64,000 nucleotides of DNA, from assembly GCA_021432655.1 (NCBI GenBank), contig MU271363.1, forward strand, positions 3,757 to 67,756, given 5' to 3'. Source of the DNA: Atractiella rhizophila. Its lineage: Eukaryota. Position numbers and translations under genes: made by a program. Positions 12,997-26,109 of the stretch are shown in pieces. Position 1 is the stretch's first letter; each line of letters begins with the position of its first letter. The notes beneath the pieces are model-generated. The model searched no databases, was not told where the DNA came from, and saw only the letters and a list, made by a program, of their open reading frames with translations.

Positions 12997-14673
12997 ATCA
13001 TTCGGGACGCGCCGAGTTCCCAACGCGCAAGACGCACCAGTAGCCTGTCGTCCTTTCTTCGGATGTCCAACTTGCAACCAATCAACGGATAGATGCAGGA
13101 TTCACGCAAGGGCGTCTTTGAGCCGACTTCCGCTAATGGGAAGACCGCAGATGTCAAGGTCAAAGATCCTATCGTCTTGGGCATGAAACTGCTGGCATAG
13201 TGGCGTAGTCGTTGCTGGTACGTTTCCACCTCTCCCCTCTCGTCTCTCCACTTGCGAAATGAACATAGTTTGGCCCAAAGTCACACACCTCAAGAAGGGA
13301 GATCGCGTCGCACTTTAGCCCTGACAGTGACTTTTAGGACGTCTTACGACTGCGAAGCGGGAAGGCAAGAGCAATGCCTTCCATCAAGTTCGCCGCTACT
13401 CCTCCTTTCGTGAGTTTTCCTCTTCCTTCTGTGGTACATGTTTGGGTCCTAACATCACTGGATGACAGGACGGAACTCTCGAAGGGTTCTACAATCTCCA
13501 AGGCGACGTGTACGACCGCTCCCTCTCGTCTACTGCTCTCTTTGATCGCTCACTTATCATGTCTATGCTGGAGTGCCTGCAAACTTCAAAATGTGCATTT
13601 CATTCCCTCTGCCCCCTAAAATGTCTTCTATAACGAAATTGACTGGATAGAATGTTTCGTAGACGAAGGAAAGATGATCGGAACCACTTTCTGTGGATGT
13701 CCAGAGCCTGGCACGTATGGGGGATGAAGGCATGGTTGAACGGAGCGATCCGTGGATTCGTTTTCCTCCCCTCCCCTACTGCTCCTCTGTCTGGTGAATA
13801 ACAAATAATAACGTTGTTGTGAAGCACTGGTCCCGTTGGACTTCTCGCACGGTCAGTCGCGAGACGCTTGAAAGACAATACCGTCGACATCCAAGAGCGT
13901 GAGCTGACTTTCGCGAAGAGTATGTGGGATCGGAGGAGTTTGTTCCTCCGCAACGTGCGTCCAATTCTCACCTCTGTTATGCGTGTTTTGTCTTACGTTT
14001 CTTTTTGCGTGTGGCGTGTTTGCGGTCGTGGTTTAGCGGAGGAGGGAGAGTAAGTACAGGATCGCGTATTCGGGGAGGGTCGCAGAGAGCATGAAGGAGG
14101 AGGTCAAGGTTGCAGACGGGGCTGGATGGCATCGACCTGGCCGCAGGCTGAGGTCCGTTTCTCCGTCACTCCCGTTCTGCACTTTTGGATATTGGTGTAT
14201 CGATGCACGAATGAGAACAGGCGTGCATCCAGACCGCCCTCTATCTTGTAGAGGAAGGCAGAACGTGGCCCGGGTCGGAATGGGTACGAGTTCGTCCAAG
14301 CTCCCATCACCGTCATCCTCATGAAGGAAGGCTCCTTAGGCTCCTTCTGTTGCTTCTCCTTCTACTGCCTGTACGCATTTCTGAAGCTTCTGGGTTGGTT
14401 ATTGATTTGCGTGATAGATAAGGGCCAAGAGAGTTGAGCCAGTGATTGATTTGGTTGCTAGGGCTCTTGTCGACTTGAAATCGCTCATCATACAGTGCTA
14501 CAAGTTCAAAGATGTAACTCGCGCCTTTAAGACAATGCAGGCTCGTCTCCCGTATCCTCACCGTCCCCGATGTCACAAAGTCTGGTGATGATGGTTCGCT
14601 CTATAGGACACGAAGGGACAGGATGTGGGAGGACGCGATAAAGAGCGTCATCTATGGATACGACAACGATTGA
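12997..14673 (+). pseudogene. Polyol dehydrogenase (MDR family) pseudogene, near full length
   Basis: VKDPIVLG/HETAGIV (GHE Zn motif, frameshifted), PKVTHLKKGDRVAL, CPSIKFAATPPF followed by a GTGAGT donor, GPVGLL, VGMG.EFVQAPITVILMKE. Many disablements. Confidence 0.85.
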
Positions 14674-14989
14674 ACCTTGCACCGACGTGCATGCAACTCT
14701 CGGAACCATTACGGAAATGAAGGAGCAAAAAGATGGATTTGTGCTACCACAAAGGGTTCAAAGAATGGTACCATTGTTATATCACATCTTCGATCTTCTA
14801 CTACAGCCTTCTCTTCTTTTAAGTTATCCTTCCTTCAATGCACGAGTCGTCGTCAACCGTAAGAACAACTCAAGCAAGACTCAAAGGTGAATCAGCATCT
14901 TTACATTGTGGCACTGTTTGACAGAACTTAATAATGTCTTTGGCGCTTTTAAGGGGAATTGGCAGAAGTTGTTTGCATCAGAGAAGACA

Positions 14990-15409
14990 ACCATAATACA
15001 CGTAGAGAGCGTCCTCCTCACAAGCCCCATCTCTTCATGCGCTAAAGCTTTCTCAAGGACTGAAATAGTCATCGACCAGCAATTCTACTCCGTCCCATCC
15101 ATTGCCGTCATGGCGCCGTATCCCTCGTTTCCTGATCCCCAAGAACCAGCAGATAAACATTGGGAAACCGACTCCCTCCACGCAGTACGAAATAGCTATG
15201 CCTTTAATCGCATCGGATGTCAACAGTGTGCACAGAAGACTGGTACGAATTAGGCCCCAAGATTTGTCACAATCGGTCAGGACAAGGGACGCCAGCGTGG
15301 TCGAGTGTTTGGCAAGTTGAACGAATAAGGGAATCATCCCTAACGTGGGCTGTGCGACGTGAACGCCACAGCCTGGCTCCGTTATCAACTCCTGCCTATC
15401 CCTAGTCAC
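14990..15409 (-). pseudogene. Relic of a diverged paralog's LRR C-terminus (best-preserved copy). Other copies at about 8050-8470, 28310-28690, 42960-43310, 49824-50271 and 56970-57375
   Basis: LASLVLTDCDKSWGLIRTSLLCTLLTSDAIKGIAISYCVEGVGFPMFICWFLG aligns by eye with the F-box C-terminus LTELYLDGGEETSNLVSPQFFHTLRNAKAIEIIDVRYCVVDWGFTGFVFSDFICWFFG. Confidence 0.65.
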
Positions 15410-15505
15410 TCATTTTCAATGCTGCATTAGAGCCTGTAGTGTTATGAACATCGCACCTTCACTCTCGTGTGTCCTATAGAACACAAGTGGGAAATATGTG
15501 CATCC

Positions 15506-17361
15506 TCATTGGCGCTCCTCTCCACCCTCCCGAATCCATATCCAGTAATCCCCCTCGATAACCCCAAACTCATCCCCCTCGATAAACCCCAACTCTCTCA
15601 ACATGCTTCTGGCCGTACATATCGCTTCCTCAAGCCACGCTCCAAAGAATAGCTGAACCCTCAACTCGCGTCCTGTCGTCCTCTTCACCTTTTCAGCATC
15701 ATCCACCGTATCCCCCTCCTCCTTCACCCCCCTCTCCCCAAAGAACCAGCAGATAAAGTCTGAGAATACGAACCCTGTGAATCCCCAGTCCACCACACAA
15801 TACCGAACATCTATGATTTCTATCGCTTTTGCATTTCTGAGGGTGTGGAAGAACTGAGGGGAAACGAGATTGGAAGTTTCCTCACCGCCGTCGAGGAAGA
15901 GGTTAGTGAGATGTTCGAGGTGTGAAAAGTCGAGTGGACTGGGTAGGATGGAGGTCTTTCCAGCGGGGAAGTAGGGGGCGAGCTTGATCTCGAGATATTC
16001 GAGGAGAGGCGGCAGACAGGAGCCTGAGACGGAGGGAGGGAGGGGACACAGGTTGGAGAGAATCAGCCGTGTGAGGGAGAGTGGGAGGGAGAGCGATGGG
16101 AGAGGCGGGTATGTGTGAAGCTCTAGGGAGTTGAAGTTAGATGATAATCGAAGGCCTAGTGATGGCGATGAGGCAGAGTCCTCGACGTCGAGAGCACGGA
16201 AGATTCTGATCCTGTCACCCATCCTCCGCATAAAACTTTCAACCTCATCCTTCTTCCACTTTCTCGAACCTCCACTTCTAAAGGCTACGGAATCCAACTT
16301 CCTCAAGCCTTCAATCGCATGCAACACAATCTTTGCCTCCTCTTCATTCCACAATGCATCCATCCACACGTACGTAACGTTCGGTGCGCCCGCGATGACG
16401 TCTTTCGCCATCTCAACGCTGATGTCATCGCGAAACGAGAGATCTGTCCACAAACGCCCGGCATTAGGATAATCTGTCAAACGAGCATGCCTCTCCTTCA
16501 TAGAAGCATACAAATCATCTATATATGGGACTAAAACCGCCTTCCAAAGGTGACAGACGTCAGAAAGTCGCTCTAAGTGAACAAGATATCCAGTATCTTC
16601 CATGAGCGCTTGATATTGATCGAATGAAAGAAACTCGAAGATGAGTGAGAGGATCTCAGGAGGAAGGTGTGTGATACTGCATAAACTAATACCCGTAGGT
16701 CGAGTTGTGGAGAGGGAGAGTTGGATGGTTGTCCCCAGACCGGTGGATGGGATGGTTGATTCCTCCCATTCGCTGAGAGGAATGAAATGCTGTTGCTCCT
16801 TGGAGTATAGGGCAATGGGTTCAAAGAGGACCTGAGAGCGATTATCTGGAAGATGAAAAGTGCATGTGAAGGGCTTCCGAGACAGGCCCTCCAACTCCAC
16901 GGATGCACGACGTTTAGTATCCCCAAAAGCTACCGTAATACTTTCCTCCTCCAACGCAATGCAAAGAATCACTGCACCGTCGGGTTCGACTTCATTTTCC
17001 AGACCTGCCAGAGAGAAGTAGGATGAATTCGACGGCTCATAGTATTTCTTCCAGAATCGAATAGGCAAGACAAACGTGATCCGGAGGGTGTGAATTGATG
17101 GAGGTAGGCGAGAAAGGAAAGAGGAGAGGATGGAGAGGTGGATCGGAGTGCCATGGAATAACGTTACTGGGGTAATGAGATGGACCAGTGCGATGGACTC
17201 TGTCCCCTGATCATCCTTGCATGAAATCGATGTTTTTCTTCTTTTCATTCTTGGGGATAACATGCTGGACTAGAGCCCACAAACGCACATTAAACGAGAC
17301 AACAAGGGGAGAGATCGGATCCTGCCTGCAGGGCATCAGTGCATTGTCCAACTTGAACCAT
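15506..17361 (-). CDS. F-box/LRR-like protein, copy 3. Intron 17270-17325, exon 1 17326-17361
   Basis: 585-aa ORF with the F-box ITHLPPEILSLIFEFL...LSDVCHLWKAV and LRR-like repeats. Confidence 0.9.
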
Positions 17362-20182
17362 CTCGAAGTTCTCCGCGAAATGATCAGACTGATCAGATAT
17401 CACCAATCGTGAAGATGGAGATCGCATAACCGTTTGTAGGAGTCGAAGGATTAGGCGACCGTTTGCGATTAGGATGGTGGTTGGGTGGAAGGTGGCGTCC
17501 GGACGTTGAAGGCTTTGGTTCTATAGCACTAGACTACCAGATAGTGTCATAGGGTGTCCTAGCATATGTAAAGGAACTGAAATCCTTTGCAATACTAGCA
17601 CCTAAATTACACTGCAATTCAAACGAGAGCCAGAGCAGAACACTTTGATATTGATGGTTCGTCCCCTAATGATCTGACTGTGAGAGGGAAGGCTGGCTCG
17701 ATAGAGCTGGGACAGTTAGGGACGGCAGTTACCTATCTGGACGACAAAGAAGGCAGAAGAAACTATTGGCGACAACATAGATGACACTTGAGTCACGAGC
17801 GGGAGACAAGAGGGATGGAGGACGGAGGCTCAGGAGCACGAGAGTACCAACCTAGATGTCCACTTGTCGTCCCTGATGCAACACTGCACACTTTGCCCTC
17901 CTCTTTCTCCATCAGCCATTTCATTTTTGCCCTCAATGTCATGAAGCAAGCGTCGGTGGAAAAGGAGCCATGAAGTGCAAGCCAGAGTGCAACAGAAGGA
18001 GGGGATGGGGTGGGAGAGGGAGTAGGACGGCGGCATGGGGACACTGGGAAGGCATAGGATGACGAGGGATGGCGAGGGAGTGCGAACGGACCGGCGAGAC
18101 AAAGTGTGGCGCATACCTCCGACATCCCATCTTGATATGGACCCGTTGTCACTTCCTCCTTTCGCTTTCGCTATCGAACCTTTAACCTCCGGTGCGCGCT
18201 CAACTTCCGAGCTACGGGCCTGGTGGAGGCGTGAGGGCCGGTGGAGTGCGATAGGAGATGAAGTGGGACTGCCAGGAAAGGGGAGCGGCGGAGGAAGGGA
18301 CCTATGTGCATGTAAGTTAGGACACTCATAGCTGGAGAGGCGAAGGGAGAAACGAAACACACTACCAGCAGAAAGAAATGGCCCAATGCAGCCATAATGC
18401 GAAAAGGGGGAGGGGTTGGTGGACGGCGAGGGTGAATGTTGGCAGACAGGGATGCGAGGCAGAGTGAGAGGGTAAGCGAAGTGAAAGGAGATGGCAGAGA
18501 CTAGGAGAACGCCGGGACGATCCTTCTCACGTCTTTCTGCCGTCACCAACCGCGTTCCCTCTATCCCCTCCGTCTACCCTTCGCCATTTGATGTGTCCGC
18601 CGTGCGCTGTGTTGATATTAAATGACCAGTATGCGAAAAAAGGTAGAAGCGCTGAGTGGAGGGAGGTGACTTGCCTAGGCAATGGTGGAGAACAAGCCAG
18701 GATGGCAAAAAGGATGGCGGCGCGAGTTGGGGATTGGCACCATCGCAGTCTTCCTTTTTCTCCATCTCATGCCCCTACGCTTCGTGGTTGGATTCTGATG
18801 CCTAGTTTAGAAGCGAGTTTTTGAGGCGAAGGACGGCGGAAGCGGACTTGAGGGGTGGTGCTGGAGAGCGTACTGAAACGGGAGGGCAACCGTGGGTGAG
18901 AGAAAGCATACCATGCTGCTCCGATGTCAATCCTCAATGCCGCACCGCTCTGTCGCCTCCATCCTCTGCTTTCGCGATCCGACGTCCAGCATTCACGCGC
19001 CATTCCTTGTGGAGTGCACAGAAGTTGCCGGAGGAGCAGAGGAGGACAGATGGGGAGAGTAACACGGAGGTGAGGAGACGGATGGCGGAGCGAGAGAAGC
19101 AGGGCAATGGTTACGGGGAAGCTGGATATGTTGGACGGAAGTATCGAGACTGGCGTAAGACGGCGCTCACACAGCGCAACACGTCTCCTTTTGCCTCCCA
19201 CGCTTCTTTCGCACTGCTCTCTTGCTTCGAAGCCCCAGCAGCGAAGGTAAGTCGCGGTGCTGGGAGGGTCGAGCAGTGCTGAGGCGGGGCGGGGCTGCAA
19301 GTGGGAGCAGGGTGAGGAGCGTCATTGGTGAAGGCGAGGAACCTGATCCTTATGTCATTAAGCACACATGCAAAAGACGGAGAGGGGGAGGGAAGGTCAC
19401 CTCTTTTCTCGCGCCATCTCTTTGCTGTAAAGTTTTAGCCCTCCGTTGATCATAGTAGGATCCATACCTGGCCTCTCTTTCGCCTTCCTGCTCGTTCTTG
19501 CCCTCCACTGCACATCGCGTGCCTCCTTTGTCGTGCTATGCCGCCCTCAGGCGCACTTTCACTGGGCAGCAGATCAGCAGTGCTGGCACCTTCCTTTTCA
19601 GTCAGTGTTGTCTGTCATGGACTCGTGCCTCGCTCTTCCTCTCCATCTCTGTCACGCTTCACCTACCATTACGTACCATTCTGGTTACTATGCATGTCAC
19701 TTCCCCTCCCTTCTTCTCACTAATTGTACTTGTCCATTCATCTCTCGCTCACACTAGCGCTACCGACTAAGTCGGCCTTCGCGTGTGGGAAGGGTACATG
19801 AGCAAAAGCGGACAGTGGAGGATAGCTGAGGTGAAAAGGAATGTGGAGGAGAGCGGAGCTGGAGATGACGAAGTAGACTGAAACAGGAGAGGGACACCAA
19901 ACCAGCCAGAGTGAAGGAGACCGGGGACTGGTGAGAGGACGCGAGATCGAGAGAGGCGAAGAGCCTGTGAAAAAGAAGCGAACTGAAAGTGTGAATGGCG
20001 GGAACGACGTCGGAGACTCGATAGACGGCGAATGAAGGATAGAACGCGAGAAGAACTGTGGGTGGAGACTGTAGCGGAGGGCGGAGGAGATGACATAAAA
20101 GGGAGCTGCTCGCAGAGTCCACATCCCATCCTGGCGATCGTAGAAAATCATTCAACTACTGGAGACTCTTCATGCAACGGTC

Positions 20183-23100
20183 CAGCGCTGCCACCAGTAA
20201 GCGTCCGGATATGGTTTACGGCCGTATTGTACGGGATGTGCCGTATCCGTAATGCTCTCCTGAGCCCCTCATTACTGGCAATATCGCTATTGCCATACCC
20301 ATCCGCAATCAAGGTATGTTTTCCATATACTGCATATACTGCCGTGTCAACATTCTCTAAGAAGGGGCCACAACACAGATCAGCCAGGTGCAGACGGTGT
20401 GTTGCCGGGATGCATTCAGTCTGGTGGGTCGAGGTGCGTTCTTCTTTTTTCTTTCATTTGCCCTTTCCGACGACTTCCGACCCTGCAGCTTCCAGAAGAT
20501 TCTATTCCAAGCGCTGTTGACGTGGAAGATTCTGCAGAGAGGGTTATAGAAGGTGTGCCACCTCTTTCTCCTCTTCATCCCAGCGTCGAATTTGATGCTC
20601 ATGGTAGAGCCTGTCCGATCTGAGGAAATCAGGTCGTCCCCACGTCGCAACAAGGGGGCTCGCCCTCAATCTCTCGACGTGTTTTATGTCACCTCTGGCA
20701 GCAATGTTCTCCCCCCTGTCGAAATCGATCGTCCCCGATCCCCTTCCAGACCATCCCTCTGCCAACTTAACGGAGATCACTATCCACATGAGAAATCACC
20801 GCTCCAGCAGACTCAACCATCGGATAAACCAGAACTTGGGAGTGAACAAGAGGAGGGGAGAGACCAGCTTAATCTGAAGCGGAAGAGGACGACATATATG
20901 GACACAGAAGAGGAGGAGTCCAAAGAGGAACTGGAGAGTGAGGATGGGATGGAGATAGACTCAGAAGTTGAGATTATGAAGGTAGGTGTCACGTACTGTC
21001 TTTCACTGATGTGGTGAGCTGAAGATCTACTATGTATTTAGGTGCGAGCAATGCCAAAGCGGAAGAGGGAACGCGACCATCCCGCTCCAAAGAAGGTACG
21101 CTGTCCTTGACTCTCTGCTGGTTAATTACTTATTTCTCTCATCATTGAAGAGTGCACGAGCAACAAAGAAGCCTGCAGAAGCACAACTGAAAAGATTAAA
21201 GAAGAAACTCAAAAAGAGTGTCCCCCAGTTACGTGCTGAAATGGATGCAAGTGGACCTCCTCCGGATGCAAGCGAGGATGATAGGGATGGTATGCCAAAG
21301 AAAGGAAGTGGCTTTAAGGGCAAAGGAAATCCACTGATATGGGGTTGCTGGAAGGTGCTTTGATCCTGCAAAAGTCTCGTATTCACGAGTTCTGACTGAT
21401 GTGTCCTGTTGTAGCACGATCCAAATACACCTGCTTATCCGGAAGGCACGGAAGGTGACCGTTCGATTTATGAGTGCGCTCTAGGGTGTGGGTATGATAT
21501 ATCATCTCACATATTGAATACATCTAATAGGCATGCTAAAGGACAATCTATTCCTTCATTGGTACGGAGTACTCAAACCTCAATAAGCACACCCATGAGT
21601 GCAAGAAACGGCACCTTGCCAATCAACTCGGTATTACCCTCCCGCCTCTCCCTCCGCGGCTGCAGAAACAGGAAGGAGACCCGAATGCGCTCAACAATTT
21701 CCTCATCAGGAAGCGGAGCAAGGAAGAGATTGATCAGCTCTTTCGCAAGATTGTCGAGTGGATCGTCCGAACAGATAAACCTTGGTCAGTAGTAGAGGAG
21801 AACGGTTTCCGAGAGATTCTCGAATCATTGGACGGCGGGGTGGCGGTCTATGGTCGAATGACAGCTTGTGCATGGGCATCACGCCTCCACAATGTGCTGA
21901 AGGAGCATGTGCAAGCAGAAATTGATGTGGGTGATTTGGTTTTATATTTCAATGGCTGTGCTTCATGTGAAATAGACCCACGAAGGTGAAATCCACGTTA
22001 ACACAGACTGCTGGACTAGCTTCGGGTCTATGCATGCGATTAGTGCAATGATTGGCTATTGGATCGACAATGATTGGAATCATGTCCGACGTGTTCTTCG
22101 CTGCTCTATCCTTGAGGAGTCCCACACCTCAATCAATCTTGCGCGAAGAATGAGACAAATGTTGATGGACCGGAAGATTGTGAATAAGCTAGGTATGATT
22201 CTCTTTCCATCCGTTACTCAACAAACTAATAAACTACAAGGAAATGTTGGCTCTGATCACGCATCAAATATCATCTCTTCCCTGCCTTATCTTCAAGCCG
22301 GCTTAATCTCTGAACGACACGAAATCTGGGAGGCTGACAAGCGACATAACGGTTGCTCACTCCACGCAATTGCTCTCTCTGCACAAGCTGGACTTTCAGC
22401 CATGGGAGTCGGAGATCCTCCGGAAGTCGAGGATCATTACTTGAAGGACAAGAATCTTGGATTGCGTGGAGGTGATATGGCTGATGAGGGAGTGGGAGAG
22501 GACGAGGAGCTGAAGGAGGTCACAGGTTTGGATAATGACAAGCTGTCCGATGTTGATGAGTCTGATTGGGAGGATGAGATGGGAGGTGGAGGTGACGAAG
22601 AGGAGCTGAAGCGCCGCTTGTTTGTTAAAAAGAGTAAATGGTCAACACAGAATAAGGTGTGCCAGCATATTTCCTCTGCTCCTCCCCCATTCCTCTTCTT
22701 GAAAGAGGGGACAAACACTGCTGACAACTTGTATATAGCTCTTTAAACTTTGCCGCATCATTCGCTCGACTACAAATCGTCGTTGTGCCTTCAAGTGTGT
22801 CTCCAACGAGACCTATCCTGATGGCCATCGGAATCGAGGTGCCATGCCAAAGAGAAACAATACAACACGCTGGAATTCTGAATATAATGTCCTGGCTAGA
22901 GGATATCGATTGAAGCAAGTGAGCAATTACTGCCTAAGTGCCCACTGCCTCCCCTCACCAAACTATCCAGGCTCTGCATAGATTTGTTTATAAGTTTGTT
23001 GATTCATATGGCCGTTATGCGATGAAAGAAGCAGAGTGGAAGCAAGTTCAGGTAGTATCTAAAGGGCTGAAGGTCTGTTGTTCTTTGTTTTTGTTTCAGC

Positions 23101-24156
23101 AGGGAGTACATACTTAGTTAAATATGGTGTGCAGCCTTTCAAAGAGGTAACACTTATTCTGGAGAAAGAAGATGCATCTCTGTCAGAAGTCCTCCCCACT
23201 TTCGAGCGATTGCGGAAGACCCAAACCAACTTCAAGAGTGATCCAACTATGGTGGCCTGGCATGCATCCGCAGAGGCAGCTCTCAAAAAGCTTGATAAGT
23301 ACTACATTATTGCGAAGAATACCTGGTGCTATCAGTTAGCCACCGGTCTGTCTTTTGTCTATTATGTGTCCAAGCTGCTGAGGTCCCTAATAGCAGTTGA
23401 TCCACGTTATGGGCTCCCTTTCCTTGGTGACACATATGGAAGCGAGTTTCGGAAGTTCGTTGAAGGTAGGCTTAAAATGGAATATAACCGGCGAGCTGCA
23501 ACATTTGGGCGGAGAGAAGCAGTCACTGAGACCCGGTCTGCGAGTGAGAAAGTTCAAGATATGGGTGATGATGACGATGAGGAGGCGACGGTGCTTGTTG
23601 ATTTGCCATCAAATGGCGACCCCGAAGACGGTTTACATGAGGTTGACCGCTTTGCTGGAATCAAATATCTCACGACCCACGATCCCCTTCAATGGTGGAA
23701 GGTGTGTCCTCAATTGACTTCCCTCACATTCTTATAAAGTCCTTCTTTGCTAGCGCCACGAAGACACTTATCCGATTTTAAGGCTTATCGCCCGTGATCT
23801 TCTTGCTATCCCTGCTTCAACAGCTGATGTTGAACGTCTTTTTTCATGGGCCAAAAACATCAATACCCATCAGAGGGGCTCAATGTCTGCGTCCACCCTT
23901 GCTGAAACCATGATGTCAAAGGCATGGCTGATGCAAGGTGTCAAGAAGCCAAATAAATGGTAATTCGGGTGGGTTCTTGGAAGCGTGAAATATGATGTTC
24001 CATTACCATGTATATGCCGTTATAGCAGTCACCATACCAGTATAAAGAGACCGAGCTGATGTTGTAAGGTTGTCCGTATGCCTACCGCATTGGGAAAGGT
24101 GGATACTGCCAGTATTTTTACGGCCATACCCATATACTGTACTGGTTACAGCGCTG
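20183..24156 (+). mobile_element. hAT-superfamily DNA transposon, 3,974 bp, complete
   Basis: 17-bp TIRs CAGCGCTGCCACCAGTA (20183-20199) and TACTGGTTACAGCGCTG (24140-24156), 15/17 match. Perfect 8-bp TSD CAACGGTC (20175-20182 and 24157-24164). Single-copy empty site CAACGATC at ~4087 in the sister unit. Confidence 0.96.
20410..23963 (+). CDS. hAT transposase, multi-exon (start position approximate)
   Basis: Motifs TDCWTS (~22006), SDHASN (~22252), CSLH (CxxH, ~22354), TRWNS (~22865) and DPLQWWK...YPILRLIARDLLAIPASTADVERLFS (dimerisation domain). Many short GT-AG introns; stop TAA at 23961-23963. Confidence 0.88.
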
Positions 24157-26109
24157 CAACGGTCTACCCGAACAAAGACTGTCGCAATTTACACCTCGCC
24201 GCCGTGTTTCCCATTCCCGCGTGGCCTTTGACACATTCTTCGCTAGACTAGACTGAGGGATGGAGTTGACAGGAATGAGACTGAGAGGAGGCTAATCAAC
24301 GGTGCCAATTGGTGTGTTCTTCTTCAGTTCTTGAAGCAAACTGCCAGGGGAAAATTTGGTTATACTGCGATATGTCGAGAATGCTGCTGAGAACCTGAAA
24401 GAAAAATCATTGCCGGAGATTTTATGCGCGTACTCGCAGAGCTGATGATGCTCTCCTCGTGTACATAAAGCTTCCTATCCATCGCTCCCATCGTGTGAGA
24501 GAGGGACTTCTGTAGCCCTCCATTAAGGCAACACATCGCTCTCTGGACTTCGTGCACAGTTGACACTGTGAGCCTTCGAGCCGCCCTTGCCTTTTTACAT
24601 GCATGAAATGTTGGCTGCAGGAGATTCCAAGCCGATAAAGAACGTTAAGACGCTAGAGCGGTGAAAAATGATCACGTTGATGGGCAAGCATCAAATCGTC
24701 ATGTCCAGTGAGCAATGGCCTATGCCACTCACTCCTTTCGTCCAGATGCCAGGCAAAAGTGCCAGTGAAAGATATCAGTCCAGCAGATGCTCCTTTGACT
24801 GCTCTTCTCATTTCCACACTCGACACGTTCCTCACCCATATCGTGCGTTCACGGATATCATGATGAGTGATTACCGCCTCTCAACAGATCTCGCTTTCAC
24901 GACAGTTAAACGAGGGGAAGATGATTGGTATGTTGGAATTGTACACATGAAGCTGAAGCTGGAGGACGTGGTGTGAATATGTGCCATCATATTGGAGCTG
25001 CAGGAAGTAGGAGGGGAGAAGGTGGGCGGGGAAGCACCGTATTGTCAGTGACCAGGAGCCAGGGTCCCCCTATGTGGACAGACATCTTGAGTGCGTTTCT
25101 CTTTCGTTTATCTCTGGCGAAGACTGATGGAGACAAAGATACATGATATTTGGGCTGCTCAGAAGTCTATAAGGACGAGGGAGGAACACCAGGAACGTCC
25201 TGAAGAGTCCCCCTTCACTGCCGCGACGTTGGCATATCGATGGGTCAGCCCGCCGACACCATTTGAATATCACATCAAGGGGGTTAACTTCCATTCTGTC
25301 ACTTCCTCTGCTAAAAGGCGACAGGTGGATGAAGAGTCCCCATTCACTGGCGCGACGATGGCATATTGATGGGTCAACCCGCCGAGCGAGACCATTTGAA
25401 TATCACATCAAGGTGGTTAACTTCCATTCTGTCACTGCCTCTGCTAAAAGGCGACAGGTGGCGCGATCCCTCCCTCTCCCCAGAAGTAGCAAGAAGCATA
25501 CTTCTGCTCCTTCAGCACTTGCAACAACATCAACATCCTCTGGCGCCGTTTCTCCTCCTCCGGCTCCAAAGCCTTCTGCCGTTCCTCCAGCTGCAACCCA
25601 GGGAGTGTCGACTCTCCCTAGCCGATGTGTTGACCTCAGCACCATCTCCTGTGCCTGCATCTGTACCAGTTGGCCCAGATCTCACCGCTCCCGTGATGTC
25701 GACTGGTCCGGCTGGTTCTACCTCTTCAATCCTCAGTACCACCCACATAGGAGAGAACGAATACGGCAGTGTAGCAACACAGACGTTTACACTTCCTCCT
25801 TGTCCGCAGCCGTTTTCTATCCCTCCATCGCCGGCCTTACCAGAGCCCAAATCAACAAGTACAGCTCCTCGATTCTTGAATTGCTCAGTCCAGTGGTGGT
25901 GCGTTGAATAGTAGGTTCTCTGTTTTTTCGCTGCGATAACGAATGAAGGTGGGTTTGACTTCAGATATAAGAACGAGGAGGAAACGAAGGAGGAAACTGT
26001 GAGGAAGGATGGGGATTGTGTAGGAAGATGTGGTCAATCCCCACCGGAAATCTCGACAGCATCTTCTTCCTTCTCCATGGTTGCTAAAATGTGGAGGGAA
26101 GTCAAGCCG

